Shown: positions 53,849-61,540, counted from the first letter of the stretch. The stretch is DNA of 64,000 nucleotides from Gemmatimonadales bacterium (GCA_052389555.1 JBQTHV010000108.1:35-64034); one strand, 5' to 3'. The notes: a model not told the origin generated them from the sequence alone. Numbers and translations are program-made.

Positions 53849-55798
53849 ATGAGTCGATCCGCGCCGCGGACGGTACCTCATCTCCGGAATCGATATCTCT
53901 TGCTGAGCGACGCCGTCCTCTTCACGGTGTCTCTCGGCCTCGCCTTCACCTTGCGGTACGAGGCCCTCGAGTGGCCGCCCGGGCAGGGCCGCACCTTTCT
54001 GCTGCTCGTCGCGATCTTCGTCCCGATCAAGCTCGCGTTGCTTTATGCGGTGGGACTGTACCGGCGGCTCTGGAGCTTCGCCGGGGTCGCCGAGCTGGAG
54101 CGCATCATTGTCGGCGGAATCCTGGTCGCAGTCGTAACCGGGATGTTGGGTGCCTGGATCCTTCCGGTGGCCGGTTTGCTCAATCCCAGGCCCGCGTTAG
54201 GAGTGCTTGCCTTCGATGCATTCCTGACCAGCGCGTTCCTGGCCGCCCCCCGGCTCCTGGCTCGCATTCTCCATCGTCGCGCCGCCACCGGTGTGTACGC
54301 GGGCGCCAAGCGCGTCCTGATCGCCGGGGCCGGCTCCTCCGGGGAGATCCTGGTCCGCCAGCTCCGCACCAATCCGCAGCTCGGTCTGCTTCCCATCGGA
54401 TTCCTCGACGATGACGAGAAGAAGCAGGGCCTCGTCATGCAGGACCTTCCGGTCTTCGGGGCCATCAGTCAACTTCGCCAGATCGCTCGCGAGGAGCAGG
54501 CCCGCGAAGTCATCATTGCCATGCCCTCGGCGCCGGGCACGGTGATTCGGCGGGTCCTTGACCTCGCGCGCGAGGCCGGCCTCGAGACCCGGACCATGGC
54601 CGGCGTCACCGAGTCGCTGTCGGGCCGCGCCGGTGCCTCCATCCTGAGGCCGGTGCGGATCGAAGACGTCCTTCGGCGCGAAGCGGTCCGCACCAACCTC
54701 GAGCGGGTTCGCGAGTTCGTGCAGGGTGCCACCGTTCTGGTCACCGGGGCCGGGGGCTCGATCGGGAGCGAGCTCTGCCGGCAGATCAGCTCGCTGGGTC
54801 CGGCCCGATTGCTTCTGCTGGGCCATGCCGAGAACGACATTTTCGAGATTCATGAGGAGCTGCGCGAGCGGCACCCCTCCATTCAGTTGGTGCCGCTGAT
54901 CGCGGATGTCCGCGACCGCAAGCGAATCGACCGGCTCCTCCGCGGCAGCCCTCCGACCACGATCTTCCACGCGGCGGCGCACAAGCACGTGCCGTTGATG
55001 GAAGAGAACATCGCCGACGCGATTACCAACAACGTGCTCGGTACCCTGAATGTCGCCGAGCTCGCGGTCGAGCTGGGGACCCGCCATATGGTGCTGGTCT
55101 CCACCGACAAGGCGGTTCGACCGACCAATGTGATGGGGGCGACCAAACGCGTGGCGGAGCAGGTAGTCCAGGAGCTCTCCACCCCGCACGAGCGGCATTT
55201 CATCGCCGTTCGGTTCGGCAACGTGCTCGGCAGCCGGGGCAGCGTCATTCCTAGCTTCCTTGCCCAGATCGCGGCTGGTGGACCCGTGCGGGTAACCCAT
55301 CCCGAAATGCGCCGCTTCTTCATGACGATCCCGGAGTCGGTTCAGCTCGTGCTCCAGGCCGCCGCGTTAGGACGGGGTGGGGAGGTCTTTGTGCTCGACA
55401 TGGGCGAGCCGGTTCGCATCCTGGATCTGGCCCGCGACCTGATTCGGCTGTCCGGCCTGGAGGAAGGGAAGGACATCCAGATCCACTTCAGCGGGGTGCG
55501 TCCCGGCGAGAAGCTGTACGAAGAGCTCTTCTTCGGGGCGGAAGTCGCTGCTCCAACCGAACATCCGAAGATCCTCAAGGCTCGGCATGCCGAAATCCAG
55601 GAGCCGGTGATGCCGGCCGTCGCTGCGTTGATCGAGGCGGCCCGCGCCGGCGCGCCTGACGAAGTCCTCCTTGCCTGGCTCCGCAAGCTGGTGCCTGACT
55701 ACGATCCCGCCAAGAGCCCGCACAACATCACCGGTCGGATGCAGGACAAGGCGACGCCCCGCCTCACCGAGGCTCCGCCCGTCCCGCCGGCAACCTGA
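53849..55798 (+). CDS. polysaccharide biosynthesis protein, CapD/WbpM/PglF-like UDP-HexNAc 4,6-dehydratase
   Basis: N-terminal TM segments, VLVTGAGGSIGSEL, HAAAHKHVP, STDKAV. Confidence 0.85.
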   Translation: MSRSAPRTVPHLRNRYLLLSDAVLFTVSLGLAFTLRYEALEWPPGQGRTFLLLVAIFVPIKLALLYAVGLYRRLWSFAGVAELERIIVGGILVAVVTGMLGAWILPVAGLLNPRPALGVLAFDAFLTSAFLAAPRLLARILHRRAATGVYAGAKRVLIAGAGSSGEILVRQLRTNPQLGLLPIGFLDDDEKKQGLVMQDLPVFGAISQLRQIAREEQAREVIIAMPSAPGTVIRRVLDLAREAGLETRTMAGVTESLSGRAGASILRPVRIEDVLRREAVRTNLERVREFVQGATVLVTGAGGSIGSELCRQISSLGPARLLLLGHAENDIFEIHEELRERHPSIQLVPLIADVRDRKRIDRLLRGSPPTTIFHAAAHKHVPLMEENIADAITNNVLGTLNVAELAVELGTRHMVLVSTDKAVRPTNVMGATKRVAEQVVQELSTPHERHFIAVRFGNVLGSRGSVIPSFLAQIAAGGPVRVTHPEMRRFFMTIPESVQLVLQAAALGRGGEVFVLDMGEPVRILDLARDLIRLSGLEEGKDIQIHFSGVRPGEKLYEELFFGAEVAAPTEHPKILKARHAEIQEPVMPAVAALIEAARAGAPDEVLLAWLRKLVPDYDPAKSPHNITGRMQDKATPRLTEAPPVPPAT

Positions 55799-57263
55799 AC
55801 GACAGCGCCGCCATGACGCGCGCTTCGACGCTGGTGCGAGTCCGGCCATCCTGGTGCTCCGCGTTTCGGGTGTGCCGCACGCCCGCCTCGACCTGAACGT
55901 CCAGCGGGCCGCCTAACCCGGCAAGCGAGGCGCCGGCCCACCCAGTCCGCGCGATCGTCCCGATGAAGCGGGCCGGGGTCGTAGCCGCCTCCTCTGGCGG
56001 CGGGAATGGGGCGTTGATCCGCCCTTCGCCTTGCCGGAGCAACGCCAGCTTCGGAGAGATCAGCCAGGTGCCCCGCACCGGGATCCCGACCGAGAGAAAG
56101 GCCTGCTCATTATCCGGAAAGAGCCGGCCAATTCCGACCCCCCGGTCAACCCAGCTCTCTTCCGGGCGAAAGGTCCGGAGGGCCAGACTGGACACCGTGG
56201 CATAACCCGCTATCCACGAGGCTCTCGGACCCAATGCCCCCGCGCCGGTAACCGTCGCCGCCCATCGCTGCGGGTACGGGTTGTCACCGAAGTTCCAGTC
56301 GTCGATCGCGAGCTCGGCCTCGATCCGTATCCCTCGGCGCACCCGCCACGACAGGGATAGGCCGACCATCTCGTTCCGATGAAACTGGGATGCGTAAACG
56401 GCAGGGTAGATCAGCAGCGGCACGACGGCCTTGGTCACGCCGTCGAGCTCAGCCGCCGGGCCGGCGATGACGGCCGCTTCCCAGGCGGCGATGCTCAAGG
56501 AACCAGCCGGTCGTAGGGTGAGGCGATGCTGGACCAGGTAACGTTGAATCGGTTCGCCGCCCTCCACCTCGACGTCTTGCAGGCGCGTCGCCAGGGCATC
56601 GTACCGGACCGCTTCCAGGCCGAGCGTCACCCCGAGATCGGGGCGCGGGTAACCCGCATCGCTGATAGCGGTCCCGGGAAATCCGACCGGCCCCCAGTTC
56701 CGGGCCAGCTGTCCGGCGTGCACCACGATCCAGCGGTGCTGCAACCCGGCGTACCCCTCGATGGCGCGGAGGACCAGTGATTGGTCTGCGATCCGCTCCG
56801 GCTCCGGCCACTCGGGATCTCCCTTGAGCCGATTCTCCGCCGCACCTCGTGCCGCAATGATGAGTGGCCCGGACACTACCCAGCCGCCGAGCTCACCGTA
56901 TCCCCGAATTGCGCCCTCACTGCCGCCGGGCCTCAGGAGGTCCTGCCGGCCCTGCGAGAAACCTTGCAGTCCCCCTCGGCCCACCACCTGCCAGTGCTCG
57001 CCCGGGCTGGCCAGCGCGCGCGCGAGCCGCGCTGCCAGGCGATCATCCGTGGTGGCGAGCGCCGCCATGAGATCGGTTCGTCGAAGCGGTCGCATCAGCG
57101 GTGACGGATCCCGAATCGCACCGCGCGCGATCAGGTGCTCGACGAGCGGCATCGCCGGATGATCGGTCGGGATGAATGGCGACGCCTGCGCGGCCGCCCT
57201 TTCGACACCGAACACGAGGAGACCGTACCAGAGTACGGACGCGGAGCAATGGGCACCCGACAT
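55764..57263 (-). CDS. Wzi-like capsule assembly/outer-membrane protein (tentative)
   Basis: ATG 57263 gives a signal-like N-terminus, then IPTDHPAMPLVEHLIARGAIRDPSP..RP..R.D as in Wzi-family proteins. The track ORF start 57542 would overlap the neighbouring gene. Confidence 0.5.
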   Translation of the reverse strand: MSGAHCSASVLWYGLLVFGVERAAAQASPFIPTDHPAMPLVEHLIARGAIRDPSPLMRPLRRTDLMAALATTDDRLAARLARALASPGEHWQVVGRGGLQGFSQGRQDLLRPGGSEGAIRGYGELGGWVVSGPLIIAARGAAENRLKGDPEWPEPERIADQSLVLRAIEGYAGLQHRWIVVHAGQLARNWGPVGFPGTAISDAGYPRPDLGVTLGLEAVRYDALATRLQDVEVEGGEPIQRYLVQHRLTLRPAGSLSIAAWEAAVIAGPAAELDGVTKAVVPLLIYPAVYASQFHRNEMVGLSLSWRVRRGIRIEAELAIDDWNFGDNPYPQRWAATVTGAGALGPRASWIAGYATVSSLALRTFRPEESWVDRGVGIGRLFPDNEQAFLSVGIPVRGTWLISPKLALLRQGEGRINAPFPPPEEAATTPARFIGTIARTGWAGASLAGLGGPLDVQVEAGVRHTRNAEHQDGRTRTSVEARVMAALSFRLPAGRAEPR

Positions 57264-57341
57264 TTGGCTGTAAGGTAGACTCTCCCGATTCCCCACACGC
57301 GGCGATATCTTCAGCCGCTCTCCACCAAGGAAGCGGCTGGT

Positions 57342-57614
57342 ATGTCCGAGGAAAAACTCAAGCCCATCGCACCGGCTCGCATCGCTGCTGAGCTGCGCAA
57401 GCTTTCCGAAGGCCGCCAGAGCGGCCAGTATGATGCGGATGAGTACGAGCACCGGTTCGCCCGGATGATCAGTGAGCTCCGGGACCGCAGGATCGAAGGG
57501 AACCGTGCCGAGATCATGGCCGCCCTGACTCCGCTCCGGCAAGATGGCACGCTGGACCCCGTGGCCTGGGAGCGGTTAACCCGCTCGTTGGGATTGGGGC
57601 AGGGTGGACTATAG
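57342..57614 (+). CDS. hypothetical small protein (SHOCT-like motif)
   Basis: 90-aa ORF. GQYDADEYEHRFARMISEL resembles SHOCT. Confidence 0.5.
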   Translation: MSEEKLKPIAPARIAAELRKLSEGRQSGQYDADEYEHRFARMISELRDRRIEGNRAEIMAALTPLRQDGTLDPVAWERLTRSLGLGQGGL

Positions 57615-57615
57615 G

Positions 57616-57651
57616 GTGAACCGGACGAACCGGGCGCCCGGGGCGAACCGG
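57616..57651. repeat. tandem nonamer array (GCGAACCGG-like) x4, reverse orientation of CCGGTTCGC
   Basis: GTGAACCGG ACGAACCGG GCGCCCGGG GCGAACCGG, starting 2 nt after the stop at 57612-57614. Confidence 0.9.
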
Positions 57652-57713
57652 TAGGAGACAGGCAAGCGGCCCCCGCCTCGCTTGTCCCGATCGCCTCGTA
57701 CGCCCTGATCGCC

Positions 57714-58589
57714 GTGCGTTCCCGCCCTCCCGCTCCAGGTCTTCCAGAAGTCTCTGTCGTCGGGTTCGGCGGAATGCCCCTCTCGATCCAGGGGCGCCCC
57801 GACCAGGCTACCGCCATCACCGTCCTGCATGCCGCCTTCGACGCCGGCGTGACCCTCGTGGACACCGCCGACGTGTATTGCTTCGACGATCGCGACCTCG
57901 GACACAATGAGCGGCTCATCGCGCAGGCGCTGCGGTCCTGGCAGGGTCCCCGCGACCGGATTCTCGTCGCCACCAAGGGAGGCCTAACCCGCCCCGAAGG
58001 CCGCTGGGATCGCAATGCAAGCCCCAAGCATCTCCGCCAGGCCTGCGAGCGCTCGTTGCTCGCGCTGGGTGTCGAGCAGATCGCGCTCTACCAGCTCCAC
58101 GCTCCCGATCCGGTCATCCGGCTCGAGGACAGCATCGCGACTCTGGCGGACTTGCAGCGAGAAGGGAAGATCCGCTGGATCGGGCTCTCCAATGTCACCG
58201 TTCCGCAGATCCTCGCGGCAGAAGCCATCGGGTCTGTTGCCACGGTACAGAACCGGCTGAATCCCTTCTACCGCGAGGCGCTCTCCGATGGCGTCGTGGC
58301 CCATTGCGCCTCTCGAGACATCGGGTTTCTCGCCTACGGTCCGGTCGGGGGGCGAAGGCTCAACCAGCGGCTGCCAGAGCATCCCGTGTTGCGAAGCCTT
58401 TCTGCCCGGCTCGGCGAGTCGCCGCACGCTATCGTCCTTGCGTGGGTGCTTGCCCAAGGGCGGACCGTGTTCGCCATCCCGGGGGTGCGCACCGTGCCCC
58501 ATGCTCGCGACTCCGCCCGCGCCGCAGACCTGATACTCTCCCGTACCGATCTCCGCGCGATCTCCCAGGCGCACTTCGAGCGGACGTAG
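57714..58589 (+). CDS. aldo/keto reductase
   Basis: [23 protein letters not shown]. Confidence 0.85.
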   Translation: MRSRPPAPGLPEVSVVGFGGMPLSIQGRPDQATAITVLHAAFDAGVTLVDTADVYCFDDRDLGHNERLIAQALRSWQGPRDRILVATKGGLTRPEGRWDRNASPKHLRQACERSLLALGVEQIALYQLHAPDPVIRLEDSIATLADLQREGKIRWIGLSNVTVPQILAAEAIGSVATVQNRLNPFYREALSDGVVAHCASRDIGFLAYGPVGGRRLNQRLPEHPVLRSLSARLGESPHAIVLAWVLAQGRTVFAIPGVRTVPHARDSARAADLILSRTDLRAISQAHFERT

Positions 58590-58701
58590 GCGGGAAGACG
58601 GAAAGACGGTCAGACAGTCAGAGGTTATCCGCCGAGGCTCGACGAACGTAGCCCTTCCACCTGTCCGTCTGTCCGCCTGTCCGTCTGTCCGTCTGACCGT
58701 C
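58589..58701. repeat. inverted octamer arrays (GAAGACGG-like ... CTGTCCGT x5) forming a hairpin
   Basis: Left arm 58589-58624 starts in the AKR stop codon. Right arm 58660-58701. Upstream of ispG. Confidence 0.88.
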
Positions 58702-58722
58702 AAACCACCTTACTTTTCCGGC

Positions 58723-59937
58723 ATGGCTCTCACCTCCCGCCGCCCCACCCCGACCGTCTGGATTGGACCCGTCCCGGTCGGCTCGTGCCATCCGATCGTG
58801 GTCCAGTCCATGACCAATACCGATACCGCCGACGTGGCGGCGACGGTGGCTCAGGTTCGGGCCCTCGCCGAAGCGGGGAGCGAACTGGTTCGGGTGACCG
58901 TCAACAATGCGGAAGCGGCCCAGGCCGTGCCGGAGATCGTCGCTCGCCTGGAGCGTGAGGGATGCCGGGTGCCCGTCGTCGGAGACTTCCACTACAACGG
59001 CCACCTCTTGCTCACCCGCTATCCTGAGTGCGCCGCGGCACTGGCGAAGTACCGCATTAACCCGGGGAATGTCGGCACCAAACGGCGGGACGAGAACTTC
59101 CGCGCGATCGTGGATGTGGCGGCCCGGAACCACAAGCCGGTGCGGATCGGAGTCAACTGGGGCTCGCTCGACCAGGATCTCCTGACCGAGCTCATGGATC
59201 GCAATGCCGGGCTCCCCGAGCCGGATGATGCGCGGACCGTTACCATCGAGGCGATGGTCGAGAGCGCCCTCCGCTCGGCCCGTCTCGCCGAGGAAAGCGG
59301 GTTGTCGCACGACCGGATCGTGCTCTCGGCCAAAGTCTCCGGAGTACCCGACCTCCTCCAGGTGTATCGCGAGCTCGCGGCCCGCTGCGACCATCCGCTC
59401 CACCTGGGTCTTACCGAGGCGGGTATGGGGATGAAGGGGGCGGTCGCCAGCGCAGCCGCGCTCGCCGTGCTCCTCGAAGAGGGAATCGGCGACACGATCC
59501 GGGTCTCGCTCACCCCTGCTCCCGGCGGCGACCGGACCGAAGAAGTGCGGGTGGCCCAGCAGATCCTGCAATCGCTGGGGCTCCGGAGCTTCGCGCCCCA
59601 GGTCACCAGTTGTCCCGGTTGCGGCCGCACCACCAGCACGTTTTTTCAGCAGATGGCTCAGGACATTCAGAGCTATGTGCAGTCGCGCATGAGCGAGTGG
59701 AAGGCCTCGCGACCTGGCGTGGAAACGCTGCGCGTCGCGGTGATGGGCTGCGTGGTAAACGGACCGGGGGAATCCAAGCACGCCGACATCGGGATTTCCC
59801 TGCCCGGCACGTTCGAGGAGCCCAAGGCCCCCGTATATATGGACGGGCGCCTGCACGCGACGCTCAAGGGCGATACCATCGTCGCTGACTTCCTCGCCAT
59901 TCTCGACGACTACGTCGCCCGCCGGTTTCCGGGTTGA
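58723..59937 (+). CDS. ispG: 4-hydroxy-3-methylbut-2-en-1-yl diphosphate synthase
   Basis: [43 protein letters not shown]. Confidence 0.92.
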   Translation: MALTSRRPTPTVWIGPVPVGSCHPIVVQSMTNTDTADVAATVAQVRALAEAGSELVRVTVNNAEAAQAVPEIVARLEREGCRVPVVGDFHYNGHLLLTRYPECAAALAKYRINPGNVGTKRRDENFRAIVDVAARNHKPVRIGVNWGSLDQDLLTELMDRNAGLPEPDDARTVTIEAMVESALRSARLAEESGLSHDRIVLSAKVSGVPDLLQVYRELAARCDHPLHLGLTEAGMGMKGAVASAAALAVLLEEGIGDTIRVSLTPAPGGDRTEEVRVAQQILQSLGLRSFAPQVTSCPGCGRTTSTFFQQMAQDIQSYVQSRMSEWKASRPGVETLRVAVMGCVVNGPGESKHADIGISLPGTFEEPKAPVYMDGRLHATLKGDTIVADFLAILDDYVARRFPG

Positions 59938-60635
59938 TCCAGGCCGCGAGCTCCCAGCTTCTCGCCAGTCCGCTCGAGGCGCTCCCGGTCCTCTTCGGAG
60001 CGGGTCTGGTCACCAGCCTCAATCCCTGCATCTATCCGATGATTCCGATCACCATCGGGATTCTGGGCGGCGCCGGGGCGGCAACCCGAAGCCGCCGGAA
60101 GACGATTGGGTACACTCTGCTGTATGCGCTCGGGCTCGCCCTGGTCTATGCTGTGCTGGGCCTGGTCGCCGGCCTCACCGGGACCCTCTTCGGCTCAGTC
60201 AGCTCCAACCGGTGGGCCTACCTCTTCATGGCGAACCTGCTCCTGCTTGCCGGTCTCGCCATGCTCGACGTCTTTCCTGTTACCATGCCGAAGCGGATCG
60301 TGGCCTGGGCGAGCCGGTTCGGCAGCCGGTCGGCGGGATCCGTGTTTCTGATGGGGGCGACCTCCGGGCTGGTGGCCGCACCCTGTGGCGCGCCGGCGTT
60401 TGCCGCGGTGCTCACTTTTGTGGGTCAGACCCGGAGTGCCGGGTTAGGGTTCCTGTACCTCCTGGTCTTTTCGCTGGGGATGACGACGCTGCTCATTGGG
60501 GTGGGCCTATCCGCGGGCACCCTCGCCGCGCTGCCCAAGCCGGGCCGGTGGATGGCCTGGGTGAAGAAAGTCGCCGGCGTGGTTATTCTGGGGATGGCGG
60601 AGTATTACCTCATTCAGGCGGGAAAAGTATGGTGA
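59934..60635 (+). CDS. ccdA: CcdA/DsbD-family thiol-disulfide transporter (second copy)
   Basis: [18 protein letters not shown] and VAAPCGAP motifs. TTG 59934 overlaps the ispG stop. Confidence 0.82.
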   Translation: MIQAASSQLLASPLEALPVLFGAGLVTSLNPCIYPMIPITIGILGGAGAATRSRRKTIGYTLLYALGLALVYAVLGLVAGLTGTLFGSVSSNRWAYLFMANLLLLAGLAMLDVFPVTMPKRIVAWASRFGSRSAGSVFLMGATSGLVAAPCGAPAFAAVLTFVGQTRSAGLGFLYLLVFSLGMTTLLIGVGLSAGTLAALPKPGRWMAWVKKVAGVVILGMAEYYLIQAGKVW

Positions 60636-61249
60636 ACTGGACGGCTGGACGGCTAGGCGGCTGGACGGCTGGAAACCCGGTTGGCGCGGAGTGCCGAGTC
60701 GCCGGGCCGCCGAGCGGTCCAGCCGTCCAGCCGTCCAGCCGACGAACTCTCCGGTTCGTCCGGTTCGTCCTGTTCGCCCTGCTCGCCCGGTGCCCCCCGG
60801 TTTCCGCGCAGCTCGAAGCCGGCATTGCGGTGGGCGCGACCGCTCCCGCGGTCATCATCAACGATCTGGATGGTCGCCCCGTCGACCTCGGCGGCGTGTT
60901 AGGAAAGAAGCCCGTGCTTCTCGAGTTCTGGGCGACCTGGTGCTCGCTGTGCAAGGCGCTCCTCCATCAGCTCGATGCGGTGCATGAGGCCTATGGAGAT
61001 CGCCTCGCGATGTTCGGGGTGAATGTCACCGTCAACGAGTCGAAGGCCCGGATCCGGCGTTATCTCGAGGAACACCGCCCCCCGTTCCAGGTGCTCTATG
61101 ACGAGAAAGGGGCTGGGGTGCGCGCCTATGACGTTCCCTCCACTTCGTTCATCGTGGTCATCGACTCGGCCGGCAAGGTCGTCTATACCGGCTCCGGGGA
61201 AAAGCAGGATCTGCTGTCGGCCGTGGGGCGGGCCTTCCCCAAGCCATGA
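60629..61249 (+). CDS. TlpA-like thioredoxin-fold thiol:disulfide oxidoreductase
   Basis: KPVLLEFWATWCSLCK (CxxC). ATG 60629 overlaps the ccdA end. The N-terminal ~55 aa are repeat-encoded and end in a signal-like RFVRFVLFALLARCPPVSAQ. Confidence 0.82.
   Translation: MVNWTAGRLGGWTAGNPVGAECRVAGPPSGPAVQPSSRRTLRFVRFVLFALLARCPPVSAQLEAGIAVGATAPAVIINDLDGRPVDLGGVLGKKPVLLEFWATWCSLCKALLHQLDAVHEAYGDRLAMFGVNVTVNESKARIRRYLEEHRPPFQVLYDEKGAGVRAYDVPSTSFIVVIDSAGKVVYTGSGEKQDLLSAVGRAFPKP
60637..60786. repeat. composite element: CTGGACGG x4, GCCGAG loop, CCAGCCGT x3 (inverted), then nonamer CCGGTTCGT x4
   Basis: Arms 60637-60672 and 60717-60741, nonamers 60751-60786. All lie inside the 5' part of the tlpA-like CDS. 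Confidence 0.92.
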
Positions 61250-61276
61250 CCGGGCGGCCAAAGCCAGGCCGGGCCA

Positions 61277-61320
61277 GGCCGAGTGCCGAGCGGTCGAGTG
61301 CTGAGCAGCCGAGCGCCGAG
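61277..61320. repeat. GCCGAG-type heptamer array, intergenic
   Basis: GGCCGAG TGCCGAG CGGTCGAG TGCTGAG CAGCCGAG CGCCGAG, 28 nt after the tlpA-like stop. Confidence 0.9.
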
Positions 61321-61540
61321 CAACGTGTCCGCCTGACCGCCTGAACGCCCGACTGGCGTGCGATCTGCCCGCTCTTGCGGGTTGGGTGACGACCGTTGCA
61401 TCGTGGCTATCTCGATGTGCTCGTGTGAGTTAGGTGTCCTCAGGATGGCTGCGGCACACGGATTGCCCTTCCCTTTCGCCGGCCAGCCCAGGCGCAAGGT
61501 GCCGGGGTGCTCGTGAGCAGGGTGAGTCGAGATCGATCTC

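Noticed and set aside
2115-60449. The 9-mer as a Chi site or FtsK-orienting (KOPS-like, cf. GGGNAGGG) polar sequence
   Set aside because: Within the window the two orientations are interleaved (17 versus 13) with no block structure or link to gene strand. Polar words should be strongly skewed on one replichore. This is not fully excluded without whole-genome skew analysis.
60441-60451. GGGTTAGGGTT and other GGGTTAGGG strings as telomere-like TTAGGG repeats
   Set aside because: They are always single, isolated copies inside CDS and never tandem, with no linear-replicon context.
5749-61320. Tandem arrays considered as CRISPR arrays
   Set aside because: Units are 7-14 nt and directly abutting, with no unique spacers, no 25-40 nt repeats and no cas genes in the window.
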